Assembly: GCA_964234715.1 (NCBI GenBank) | Contig: OZ174281.1 | DNA: 64,000 nucleotides | Reading direction: 5' to 3' (one strand) | From: Podarcis melisellensis | Lineage: Eukaryota | Shown: in pieces, positions 1 through 11,979 of the stretch | Position numbering within the stretch: the stretch's first letter is position 1 | Layout: the number at the start of each line of letters is the position of its first letter | The notes under the pieces: model-generated | The model's database searches: none | Told to the model about the DNA's origin: nothing | Seen by the model: the letters and a program-made list of their open reading frames with translations, nothing else | Made by a program: the position numbers and the translations under genes

Positions 1-303
1 TATCACAAAATAACAGGGTAAGGGGGATAAGCAAAGAGAGTGAAAGTTTTCTCCACAGTGTGAGTAAAAGCAGTTTACTCCATCATTCATCCTCTTACTT
101 TTCCAAATGAGATGCTGAAGTAAGTTTACAAAGAACAGATAAAAGCAACTCTCAACTCACCTGAGCTAGAAACTAGCTCACATATCACTTCTGTTATAAA
201 TTTAGCAGGTGACGTTAAATAAACCACTGTCTCTCAAACTCACACTTTGCCCTCAACAGGGGGATAATGATGATATGCTTTACAGGGTTGCTGAAAGATA
301 ATA

Positions 304-545
304 CAGTGGTACCTCGGGTTAAGTACTTAATTCGTTCTGGAGGTCCATTCTTAATGTGAAACTGTTCTTAACCTGAAGCACCACTTTAGCTAATGGGGCC
401 TCCCACTGCTGGCGCGCCGCCGGAACATGATTTCTGTTCTCATCCTGAAGCAAAGTTCTTAACCTGAAGCACTATTTCTGGGTTAGCAGAGATTGTAATC
501 TGAAGCGTATGTAACCTGAGGCGTATGTAACCCGAGGTATCACTG
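304..545 (+). mobile_element. Tc1/mariner-type MITE, 242 bp (copy 1)
   Basis: TIRs CAGTGGTACCTCGGGTTA...TAACCCGAGGTATCACTG flanked by TA on both sides. Confidence 0.85.
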
Positions 546-624
546 TAATTATAAAATTACAAGAGAGGGTACAGGAAGTTCTTTGAACACTCAAAAGCAC
601 TATACAAATCCTTTTGCATACAAG

Positions 625-835
625 AAGCGCAGTTCAGTGGTAGAACCCATTTTCTTCATCTGCAAAAAGTTCCAGATTCACTCTCTGACATCTCCAGGCA
701 AGACCGGTCAAAATTTGCTTTTTTAAAAAATATTTCTCAAAACCGTCAAGAACCTCTGTCAGTCAGTCAGTCAGCGAAGCCCATTGTGATCTTGTAGTGA
801 CTCGGTAAAAAGCAAAACCCGCATATGCCTATACC
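625..835 (+). mobile_element. Squam3-like tRNA-derived SINE (degraded)
   Basis: Head CAGTTCAGTGGTAGAAC...AAGTTCCAGATTCA...GACATCTCCAGG and tail TGACTCGGTAAAAAGCA resemble the recalled squamate SINE consensus. Confidence 0.55.
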
Positions 836-949
836 GAGTATCCTTGATTCAGGCTAGCAAAGGTGAGATGCTAAGCATTTCTCACCGTCACCATTACGGT
901 GCTGAAACAGCCACGACACAAGCCGGTTCTCTCTTTTAACCTTCGGGGG

Positions 950-1460
950 GATACGAAACGTCAGCTGCCAAGTGACTCCACGGGGACGGGACCCCCTCGT
1001 GGCGGCGGCGGCGGTTCCGGTCCACCTCCGGCAGGCGCTGCCCCATTCCCCTTGCGCCCTGCCCTTGCCTGACACGCACGTGACTCACCAATCTCAGGTA
1101 GCGCGAAGGCGCGGCGGGGCCTCGGCCCCAAAGCAGCCGCTGGGCGGCCCCGGGGATCCCGCCGGGGGAACGCCGGCAGCAGCCCCGCGACAGCCACAGG
1201 CAGCGGTGAGCCATAGTCGCCGAAACAGGTCCGGCGGCCCCAAAGCACCGCTCTCTTCACTCACTCAGTTACACAAACAGGCGAGCGGGTGGTTGGGGGA
1301 CCTTGGCCACGCCTCCGGCGCCGCGCGTGACGCCATCACGGCGCCCCATGACCCCTCCTGCGCGTGCGCGCAGCCTTCACCATGCTCCGCCTTTTTTGTA
1401 AGCCCCGCCTCTTTTTGGAGGCGTTGCGCTTGTTGCTCTCCGCCAGCCTGGTGCAAGAAC
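950..1460. promoter_or_regulatory. CpG island / AFG3L2 promoter and exon 1
   Basis: GC- and CpG-rich relative to the flanks. NRF1-like TGCGCGTGCGCGCA at 1359-1372; GC box CCCGCC near 1404. Confidence 0.75.
1089..1214 (-). CDS. AFG3L2: AFG3L2 (m-AAA protease subunit) coding exon 1, mitochondrial presequence region
   Basis: ATG at 1214 gives MAHRCLWLSRGCCRRSPGGIPGAAQRLLWGRGPAAPSRYLRL (42 codons), then a GTGAGT donor at 1088-1083 in phase 0. The MAHRCL start and Arg-rich, acid-free presequence match vertebrate AFG3L2. It lies in a CpG island, syntenic with PRELID3A and SPIRE1. The rest of the gene is left of the window. Confidence 0.9.
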
Positions 1461-1515
1461 GAGACGATCCTATTGAAGACTTGCATGCTACCTAAAAGAC
1501 GACTCCTGCTTGGTA

Positions 1516-1757
1516 CAGTGGTACCTCGGGTTACATACGCTTCAGGTTACATACGCTTCAGGTTACAGACTCCGCTAACCCAGAAATAGGGCTTCAGGTT
1601 AAGAACTTTGCTTCAGGATGAGAACAGAAATCGTGCTCTGGCGGCGCGGCAGCAGCGGGAGGCCCCATTAGCTAAAGTGGTGTTTCAGGTTAAGAACAGT
1701 TTCAGGTTAAGTACGGACCTCCGGAACGAATTCAGTACTTAACCCGAGGTACCACTG
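1516..1757 (-). mobile_element. Tc1/mariner-type MITE, 242 bp (copy 2, inverted relative to copy 1)
   Basis: Perfect TIRs CAGTGGTACCTCGGGTTA / TAACCCGAGGTACCACTG, TA target duplication; interior is the reverse complement of 304-545. Confidence 0.88.
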
Positions 1758-2799
1758 TATTTGGTCTACAGGTTTTGCGTGCTGAGGCAGGTTGGCACCA
1801 GTGGATCAGGAGTCCGTGAGCGCCGAAATCACATGGCGTCTAGGTCGCTTACGTAGGCTCCGACGGCATTACTTAGTTACATATATGTGGAAGGGGAAAG
1901 AGTGATGCCTTTGAATTTTATTTGCAAGGTCAGTCGGACGGAGACACGTGGCTCCGGTATAACCTTGACCCAGGAAAATGGAAGAGAGTTCACCAATGAA
2001 AGGTGCCGGGAGCTGCAATTATCTGAAGTATTTCAATCCTTTTTGATTTTAAATTGTCCCAATCCCACGGTCGCTGCCCACTGATTTCGGATTGCATCTC
2101 TCATTACATTACCCGCGCAGAAACTCTGTGATGAGACAGTTCGGTGTAAATTGCAAGCCTAAGCACATTTACTGGGGAGTAGAAACTGAACAGAGTTACA
2201 TAAAGTTACGTAATCCTATGTTCGGTATTTTCGAGGACTCTGTTTTGATTACTGACAAGTAGTTGGGCTTAAATCGCATAGAATACAGTAACATTTTCTC
2301 CCCAATTATGTATATGTAAGAACTGACATCGGTAGATGTTAACTCTGATAATCCAGAGGAGAGTCCCCGCCCCCCCCCGCTCTGCTTTGTATTCTAGCGA
2401 TGGTCCTAGAAATCAAGGCCAGTCATGAAACCAGTTTGCTTAATTTTCTCTAATGTAACATGTCTGCCTTAAGTCAACTTGAATTTATTTTTGTTGTAAG
2501 AATGGTTTTACAATGCGTTTGCAAGCGGCTTTGTACAATCTCATGTATATACAATGAAAATCATTCATTCTAAGTATGCGTGCATAAGACCGAACCTTTC
2601 CCCCTTTAATAAATACGCGCTGCAGAAAACGTGGAAGATTTTATTCCGTGAAAATGTGTGACCTGACTTAATTCGCACCCTAAACCCAGTGAGGCTGAAG
2701 TCAGTAAGAGTCAGAGGCCACGACGACACAAGATGCCACTCTTCTGCTTTCTGTTCGGGCAAAAATCAAAACACACCCTGTGCCAAGGGCAGCCTTAGA

Positions 2800-3330
2800 A
2801 TCCCACGCTCGGCTCACGCCTGATGCAGCCGGCGCAGAGGCGCTACGGATCTGCAAACCCGCGAGGCAAAGCGAGTAGATCCACCGAGGAGTCAGGCAAT
2901 TGGGAAGAAACGGCGCGTTTCCAGAGCCGAAGCCCTGACGTCACTGGCGAGGAATGTGAGCTGGGCGTCCCCTGTTCAAGGACTCGACGCGTCCTTTCCC
3001 CGGGCATCGAAGGGTGCAGGGAGGCGGGAGCGAGCCGGGTGTCTTTCCAGCGGACAGGAGCGGCGATTGGCTGGCGCGGGAAAGAAGGGCGGGTGGGAGG
3101 CGGCTGACGTCATCGCCCATCCTTCTCGGGGGAAAAGCACCGCCCTTTCCTTTGGGCAGAGAAGCCGGTTCTTTCCATTGAGCCGCCATTAACGCCGCTG
3201 CTTTTACAGACAGGATGAAGATCTGGAGCTCGGAGCACGAGTTTCGGTAAGGCGAGGACGGGAGTGGCGCGCGTTCCGTCCTTGACAGCAGCAGCCCGCG
3301 CTGGCGGAGGGACAGAAAAACCGCTGGTTC
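2800..3330 (+). promoter_or_regulatory. CpG island / PRELID3A promoter
   Basis: CpG-rich. Palindromic CRE TGACGTCA at 2936-2943 and 3105-3112; inverted CCAAT (ATTGG 3066-3070); E2F-type GGCGCGGGAAA 3073-3083; GC box GGGCGG ~3087; YY1-like GCCGCCATT 3182-3190. Confidence 0.75.
3215..3246 (+). CDS. PRELID3A: PRELID3A coding exon 1 (MKIWSSEHEF)
   Basis: ATGAAGATCTGGAGCTCGGAGCACGAGTTTCG|GTAAGG; matches the PRELID3 N-terminus MKIWSSEH. Confidence 0.95.
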
Positions 3331-3453
3331 TTCCGAGCTCAGTGTTGCCTACACTGGCTGGCAGCGGCTCTCCAGGGGTCTCTCTCCGTCCCATCGGGAG
3401 ATGCTGGGGTTGAGCCTGTGCAAAGGAGCTGCTTTGGGCAGTGAGCTACAGCC
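3325..3453 (-). mobile_element. Squam3-like SINE (degraded) just inside PRELID3A intron 1
   Basis: AGCTCAGTGTTGCCTACACTGGCTGGCAGCGGCTCTCCAGGG...TGAGCTACAGCCC is the reverse complement of the SINE body and head. Confidence 0.6.
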
Positions 3454-5567
3454 CTTCTCTAGCTGAGCTATGGAGCTTCCTATGGAAGGGAAAACGAATA
3501 AAATGCCCCTCTTCCCTTCTTCGTTTCCGCTTGGTATACAACTCGTGGTTTTTGGTCACCGGGCGAGGACGTCGGTAGCATCCTGTCCCGGCGCGCTTGC
3601 TCCCTCACCAAGGGCTTTAAAGGCTTTCAACATGATCTGTCATGATCTGATCTCCCAAATGCCTGCCTTATGAAAGACCTTTAAAAATGTTGTTTTAGCT
3701 GCCCTTTAAGGTTGTTGTGTGACTCACATCTTCCTTGACCATGGGCTGAGGACTGTTGGGTTGATGCAGTTTGAAACAAATGGTGGTCTCCAGGTTGGGG
3801 ACGGCTGGCCCGTGCGCTCTGTTGCTGTCTTTTTATTAGAGTTTCTCCATGCACTGAGCTGCCGTGCAAATGCCTGTGATATCTGGGGCAAAGGTGACAA
3901 CTTCCTTTCATCAAGGTCGTGTCATGGTAATACGCCTTTGCTGCATAAACTGCTGAGTAGAACTGGTTTCTAAAAATACCTCAGTGTAACTAAAGTATGT
4001 TGCTATTGCCATGGATGTTGCAGAAGAAACTTGGTAGGCCTTTGCCACTCTCATCTCCTTCAAGGGTTAGAACTGCTACCCAGAAAATGTTACTCTTGAG
4101 ACTTCAGTTCTGCTTTCCATCATTTTAATGGGGATGGGGCTTGGAATATTTTTTAGTGTCAGAGGCCCTCAGACTTTTTGGCTGGCCATGGTTACCAAAG
4201 CTAAGTTGGTGATTGCCAGGACTCTTTGCTTCCCTTTAGGATTAGGATTGGGCTGCTGGTCCCTGACCTTCCCCTGCATCTGTGCGCAAGGACATCAGCA
4301 ATCCCCTGTGTGGTTACAGTCCCTATTACAGTGCTTACAATAATAACAGTAATTGCAGTGGTTACAGTGCTGAAGTTCAGAAGACCTCATCTGTGTGGAC
4401 AATCTGTTTTCTGATTACTTGGGACATTAATGCTGCCAGTGGCTCAAATGGCCCTACTCTGGAGCTAGAGAGAATGGCTGGGTTTTTGTTTTTTTTAAGG
4501 TGCCTGAAGAGACCTGAGCACCAAAATGGGAAGCCCCAATCTTTCTTTTCAGCTTGGAGCTGAGATGAGGGCATGGGATCTTCCTCTTTGATTTATTATT
4601 CCCTCTGAAACTCAGTTGACCTCTGGTTAATGATCTCTGACTCCTCATCTAGAAGCTGGAGCAGAAGGATGGGACTTTTCTTGTCACTCTTTCCAGGAAT
4701 GATGGAATACTAGTGGGGTGCATAATTGTGGACCGCTGTGAACTGTACCTTTTTGTTCTTCTAAGAAATTGAGCTGTAGGACATGAGGGACATGGAGGCA
4801 ATGGTGCAATTGTTCTGTCTAGCAATTTAAGAGGGAATTTTCTTTAGTACTCCAGGAAAGGGTGGTTGAAAATGGGAGGAGAGGTTGCCACATCTTGCCT
4901 CTGTACAGATGTGTAGGAAATAACATCATGACAGTGGCTTCCTGGAATTTTGCAATAAAACAAGCTGAGACACTACCTGTAATAGCTTGTAATTAAATGG
5001 GTGGGAAGTAGGTTATGATGTGTTCAGTGGGTTCTGTTTTTTGCATTGCCATAAAAAAGGCATATTCTTCTTCCAAAGAAAGAGGGGTTGAGACCCTATG
5101 GCATGAGTATACTGAATTAGCAGTATGGCTTTGAAGGGCTCCTGAGACTATCTAGCAGTTAAGTGCAATGCCAGATCACTGATGATGTTGTTGGCATAAG
5201 CTACGTACTTGCAAATAGCCAAAGTGTCATAAAACACTTTCCCAGTAATGAAGGAAATGCTTAAATTGCAACACCACACTCTTATTTTTTTTTTTAAACT
5301 AATGCAAAAGTGTGTTTCTCAAAAGTGTGAGATAGCAGTGGAGCTATGCAGGCTGATACTGAATAAGTGTGATAATCTCTGAATTTAAGCATAACTCTCT
5401 CTCCCTCCCCCAGTCTTTATCTTTGTGAACAAGGACAGCCCAATGTTAACTTCCTTTACTTAGTCACTGGGTTTCATAAGTTCTTATTAACTTACTGAAA
5501 ATATTTCACCACCGAGTTAATGTTACTTAAGCAATGAATGTTTTCTGGAAATGAAAGATATATGCTA

Positions 5568-5750
5568 CACAGGAACATGGAATGTAGAAAGCTGGTGTAT
5601 ACCAAGCTAGACCATTTGTCCATCTAGCTCAGCTTTTTCAACACTGAATGACAGTGGCTCTCCAACATTTCAGATGGGAGTCTTTCCCCGTGCTTCTTGA
5701 ACCTTGGAGCATTTTCATGCAAAGCATGTTCTATAAATTTAACCTACAAT
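5568..5750 (-). mobile_element. Squam3-like SINE (degraded)
   Basis: GACCATTTGTCCATCTAGCTCAG...ACACTGAATGACAGTGGCTCTCCA...CATGCAAAGCATG; similar to 3325-3453. Confidence 0.6.
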
Positions 5751-6007
5751 TCTTTCTCTTATTTTGTTATTGTGCATAATACTTATACTCTAAGCATGCT
5801 TGAGAGTGTCCTATTGAAATCAGTGGGACCCAGTTCTGAGTAAGCATGGCTAGGATCCAGCTGTAAGAATTGATTTCCTATTGCTGTGTCAAATGCTTCC
5901 TCTCCAGAGGAGAACTTGTGCTAAATAAGTGCTGAAAATTGAAAGTGGTGTTTCTTACCTTTAATATCTGTCACTCTGCTGTGCCTAGAAAGAGCTGCCA
6001 TCTAAAC

Positions 6008-6150
6008 TAGAAGTAGTCAACATTGTTCTCTCCAGATATTGTTGGACTGTCACTCCCACCTTCCCTGACCATTGGCCAAAATGGTTGGGACTGGTGGGGG
6101 TTTCAGGACAACAGCCTTTGAAGAGGACTAGATCGGCAAATCTCTGATCT
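6008..6150. mobile_element. Short palindromic hAT-type MITE (degraded)
   Basis: CTCCAGATATTGTTGGACTGTCACTCCCACC...GGTGGGGGTTTCAGGACAACAGCCTTTGAAG is an imperfect inverted repeat typical of lizard MITEs. Confidence 0.5.
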
Positions 6151-6627
6151 GACCAAAATTTATATAGCACTATATTCTGAAACTTACTAATTGTGCTGGT
6201 CATTTGGGGGTGTCACTTAAACTCTAGGTGCTTGAAGGGTTTGTGAACTGTCCTGAGATCTTTGGCTAAGTATATAAATTTAATAAATTATTATTATTAC
6301 TATTATTATTATGATTCAAAGGTCTTGCTCGCCAGATGTCGGCACTGGAGGATTTCCCAACTCTCTGGAGTAGATTTTAAGGATGGAGGGTTGCTGCAGG
6401 GGGACGAAGGGGAAGTCTCATTTTTGCAAGCAGAAATCTGTTCTGCTCTTGCAATTTCAGTATTGGATACCACCTTATACGTATACTACCCTTATGCCAA
6501 TGTGCTTACAGTAGTTAACAACCTAATAGACCAGATATGAAGAAAGTGACAGGGGAGGAAGAGAAAAATAAGCACATTCAGGTACCAACTCTTACATGAT
6601 ATTAAATACTGTGTTTCGGAATGTATG

Positions 6628-7064
6628 TGTCAGGGAACTGCCATCGGAGCCAAGAGTGGAGGTAAGGCTCCCTAGCAATGCAGGAGAAGGGCCCAGCCGG
6701 GAGAGAGGGAACATTTCCTCGGAGGAAGGAAATCAGCGTGACACCAGGAAGAAGAGGGAGCCGGGAAGGACTTCGGAGAGATGGCTCCAAGACTCTTCCA
6801 CAGAGACCAGTGGGGAGAGCCCAGAACCTCCGCTGGCCACACCCACTCTGCGCAGAAAACTTCCGCGCAGGGAAGCTAGGTGGCGACTTGGTGTCAAAGA
6901 GCTTTTATGCTGGAAGAAGTTCAGGAAACAGCCACTGACGGATTATGCCAGTGACTGACACAGCCACGGAGAAAGTGCTGTTCAGCCAGGGAAAAGTTTA
7001 GCCAGACAACGTTGCCTAGAGCAGCGGCCACTTACGCACAAGCGCAACCCCAATTCCCTTTACA
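6628..7064. mobile_element. Solo LTR-like element in PRELID3A intron 1
   Basis: 437 bp, TG...CA ends with short inverted termini (TGTCAGGGAA / TTCCCTTTACA), flanked by a 5-bp direct repeat GTATG (6623-6627, 7065-7069); GC-richer than the flanks. Confidence 0.75.
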
Positions 7065-7110
7065 GTATGCTTTGTATACCATAAATGCAAACCAAAATGT
7101 TCAGTTTTAA

Positions 7111-7359
<249 letters not shown>

Positions 7360-7593
7360 TAACCACGGTGGCTAGTGGTAGGCTGAATCTTCTTATGAAA
7401 TAAAAACACATGTTCTATTCTTGACTACATTGCACATAATGACTCTCATAGTAAATGCTCAGGCTAAATTTCCTTAAGAGTTGCAACACACCTAGAGAAC
7501 CTGGCTCAATGAGACTCTTTGTTCGGACAGCGGCTGTCACTGCATGCTTTACAGAAATACATTTATCACCAACCTTTTCGATACTTTGCTTGA

Positions 7594-7818
<225 letters not shown>

Positions 7819-7906
7819 TGAGGCAATCCTTGCTTATGTTGGGAAAACGTTGCTGTAAGGGCATAGCAGGAACCAAGACTAGCATTCTCTGTGTATGCTA
7901 GATAAC

Positions 7907-7916
7907 TTTATTTATT

Positions 7917-7956
<40 letters not shown>
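7907..7956. repeat. (TTTA)n(TTA)n microsatellite
   Basis: Directly visible. Confidence 0.95.
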
Positions 7957-7957
<1 letters not shown>

Positions 7958-8727
7958 ATTTTTTAAAGAAACAGGCAGAAGATATAGAAGCATGATTAGT
8001 CACACCAACAGGGTAAAGAACAGCTTCTATCCGTGGGCTAGATAACAACAGGGCAACTGACTTTTGGGTTTGGTGGGTGTGCGTCAGTAAACAAGGGGAA
8101 TTAAGACTAAGAGAGCTGAGTGGGGGGTGCTCGTGTAATCTCACTGTATACAAGTTGTACAAGTGACAATAAAGTATTCCAATCTCAATTTCAATTGCTA
8201 GCTTTACTTTCCCTGATGAAATTATTTCTAGAGGATCCGAAAGTTCTTTATGGGCAGAATCCAACTTTGCACGAGTAGACTTGCAGTGGGACTTCACCAT
8301 CTCCTCCTCCTCCCTTTGTGCAGTCCCAAAGTCTGCTTCAGTGGGCCCCCAACTCTCTGGAGCAGAATTTGAGGGTGGGAGGGCTGCTGGGGGGAGAGCA
8401 GGGAAAGGCGAGTCCCTCCCACACACAAGCAGCTTTGGCTATGTGTGTGTAATTTGACTGGCTATACGCTACTTGAGGCTTGTAGTACAAGGCCAGGCAA
8501 TTGAAGCAGGCCAACAGGCCAAAACCATATATCCCGTACTCCCCATATGTCAATTCTGGCAGCTGGGTGGGGCTGCCCACCAGTCAATCACCTGGCACCA
8601 TCCTCATCATCATGTCATCAGGTGAGGGCTTCAAAGGAGTTCCCTCTCAGCACTGATCAACTGATGGGTGCTGAGAGAGCCCCTTTGAAGTCTGGTTTCA
8701 GCTGTGGTATGGATTCAGGCATAATCA

Positions 8728-8728
8728 T

Positions 8729-8779
<51 letters not shown>

Positions 8780-9057
8780 TTATTATTTTATTATTAGTTT
8801 CCTCAGCCACTCTGGGCGACTTCCAATCAAGTGTTAAAACCAATACAGCATTAAATATTAAAAACTTCCCTAAACAGGGCTGCCTTCAGATGTCTTTTAA
8901 AGAGAAGATAGCTGCTTATTTCCTTCACATCTGAAGGGAGGGCGTTCCACAGGGTGGGTGTCACTCCCGAGAAGGCCCTGTCTGGTTCCCTGTAACCTCA
9001 CTTCTCGCAATGAGGGAACCACCAGAAGCCCCTCGGTGCTGGATCTCAGTGTCCATG
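8728..9057 (-). mobile_element. L2-clade LINE 3' fragment with (AAC)n tail
   Basis: Minus strand encodes TLRSSTEGLLVVPSLREVRLQGTRQ, nearly the same as 28505-29000; microsatellite tail 8730-8777. Confidence 0.8.
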
Positions 9058-9533
9058 GCATGCTTTGTATCCAAACTACAGCTGCAACCAAACTTCAAAG
9101 CAGCTTTCTCTCAATGTTCCTCAGTTTATGAGTCTGGAGATTGGAACTTCAAGGGGTCTTGCTCTCTCTGCCCATCAGCTGATTGGGGCTGACAGTGAGC
9201 TATACCCAACTGCACATCGAGTTCACTGGTGGGGCGCTCCCTAGGGTAGCCAATGCCAGCCACATATTTATCTGTCCCAAACCTGGCATCACACATGTGG
9301 GGGAGTGGGTATGGTTTGTGACCTAACTAGGCCTATGGGCCTGAAATTCCTTACTCCTGCTTTAAAATGTGACTTTAATTCCTAGAAAGTTTGCTTAGGA
9401 TACAGCCTTAGTTGTTTTTAAAAACACAGTCTATCATTTTCTTTAAGTAAAGTAGACAATATTTTTTATTATGTATTATGCTAGATAATACTAAGATTAG
9501 TTAAACTAATCTTTGCTTCTTTTTCCCTTTAAG

Positions 9534-9604
9534 ATAACACTTACAAATCTTATATCAGTTGATGAAAGGTTGGTATATACGCCACACCCTGAGAACCCGG
9601 AAAA
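9534..9604 (+). CDS. PRELID3A: PRELID3A exon 4 ([23 protein letters not shown])
   Basis: tttaag acceptor, gtaagt donor; 71 nt. Confidence 0.96.
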
Positions 9605-9634
9605 GTAAGTTGGAATGTCTTTGACTTTCAGTAA

Positions 9635-9853
<219 letters not shown>

Positions 9854-11925
9854 TAAAACCTAAAACTAAAATCTTTAAGTGCATTATGCTAGCATTGGTG
9901 TCCCACAAGCCCAGGGTGCTCTCAATTATACACAGTTCACTGTAAGTCTTCAGATTGGATACTTTTCTTGTATTTGTGATGGTCTGTAGAGCCAGTTGTG
10001 TATTCTCAATCCGTATGTAGTTCCTTTTAAGATTCAAAACCATGTATGGTATGAAGTCAGGAAAAGTGATTGTTGCCTCTCACTGAGACAACAGCAGCTT
10101 AGAGCTAGAATGGGGGTAGGGCTGATAGTGTCTGGTTGTGTGATCAGGTTAGTCTTTCTTTCAGCTTGCAGTTCACAGAATCTCTTCTCAGGTTAGCTAT
10201 TGGCTTCCGCAGTGGGTTGCTTGAGCCAAATAGGTTTATATGGGAAGCAGGCAAATTGCCTCCTTACCCTTTTCAGTGCTGAAAGCAGAGGAGAGAACTA
10301 AGGAGATGTCATATATGAACTTTCCCTCATAACCCAGACACTTACTATGTACAGATTTCTCTTGCTTTCTACTGTGTACAAAATGGTGGGTGTGAGCACA
10401 TGTTCTAGTTGTCCTATTTGTAGTGTTGGAAAGGGAACTTATTCCACTTCCGATGGACAATAAACCAAATGCATACATAGGCTGTTAGTAGCAGAATAGG
10501 GGATAGATGAAAAGGAACTGTTCCCCTAAATGCTATGGGTGAAGAAGTTCTGCTATTACAGACTTCTGGCTGTGCAGTGGAACTTTCCATTCCTTTCCCT
10601 GTGTGCCCTCAAATTAAATTTGTATACTGTTCTTCATGCATAGATCTCAGGGCGGTTCACAGCATTAACCTGTTCTGGGAATTCCCTCAACCCTCCAGAG
10701 CATACTTTATATGCAAGCACTCCATGCATTAAAAGATACAGGAAGCTGAACTCCTGACCTCTTTCTCTGGCCCTCACCTCCCTCCTTGCCTTTCCTGCAG
10801 CTAGAAAACAACTATCTTGTTCGAGTAAAGATTATTTTCCCCCTTGCCTAAATGCAGCTGGGATGGGGATGGTCAATCCTGCCTCCACATGTGTTGTTTC
10901 ATCCTCATGCTCTAAAGCACCCTCCCCATGCTGCGGTGAGGTTTGTAAAAAGGTTCCTAGTTACTCTGACCTAATCGTGGCAGGCAAGGGGAGTGCTGTG
11001 TGTGGTGTGAGAGAGAGCATGGCATGGCCATGGCCACTGCTGACACAGGGCCCTCAGAAATGGGCTATAAGAGAACGGGACAGGCCCATCCCTGTTCTCA
11101 GCCTGCAACAATTCAGCATACTACACAATAAACCCTTTATTAAGTTCCATGGGACTTCCGTGGGTACATGGTTGGGATTTGACTATAAAACAGCAAATTA
11201 ATAGCTCAATCTTATAAAGAGTATTATTAAGGGGGAAATGAGCATTTCAAGTATTGTAATCCTAAACAAATATTTCTGTTCTCAGTCCTCCATGACTTCT
11301 GCACTTGTACAACAATAGATTACCATTACATTACAGGTCTCATTCGGGTGCTTTATTGTTTCTTCTTCGTTCTCTTTTAATGCTGTATAATGCAGCCTGT
11401 TTTAACTAAGTTTCCTTACAGGTGATCCCTCTCTCTTTACCTTTTCAACTTAGGGCCACTTCACACTGGCGTACTACCAGATTTCTAGGCAGAAGTTGCT
11501 CTATAGGGATCTGGTAGCACGTCAAGAGATTCCAAGTCTAGGATGAGATGCATCTGTCAGAAGTATGCATGCTCAGCTTGCTTTTACCTAACTTATTCTA
11601 CTGGGATGCCTATTGACGGAAATCCACTCCCACAGCCTATTTGTGTGTCTTCAGCATCCTGCTTTGGCACTCAGTTAAACATTTACATGGTATAATTGCT
11701 TGTTACCAATATTTGATAAGCATGGTGCTCAACTAAGTCAAACTCAAGATAAGCTTAGTCATAACAGTTACATCCATTCACTTTCAGTAGGTTTACTTGG
11801 ACTTAGTTGGATATCACTCTCAGTTTACAATGCTTGATTTTCCTGTAGGCTCTTGAGATTTACAAGACTGTGATGGTGGAATAACTTTTTGTCATAAGCT
11901 GTACATCTTTTCTGTGTTACTCCAG

Positions 11926-11979
11926 GGGTGGGATGCTATTGAGTGGACAATTCAACATTCTGACAGTGTTCTAAGATAG
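11926..11979 (+). CDS. PRELID3A: PRELID3A last coding exon, form A (GWDAIEWTIQHSDSVLR*)
   Basis: actccag acceptor, phase 0, TAG stop. Resembles the mammalian PRELID3A C-terminus (GWAAIEWII..., recalled) and gives a 172-aa protein. Confidence 0.9.
   Translation, partial: GWDAIEWTIQHSDSVLR

Noticed and set aside
972-1589. 205-aa plus-strand ORF
   Set aside because: It is antisense to AFG3L2 exon 1 in a GC-rich island and runs into a MITE. Low stop frequency explains it.
7920-8426. 168-aa minus-strand ORF
   Set aside because: Built from a hairpin repeat and a (TTA)n microsatellite (poly-N).
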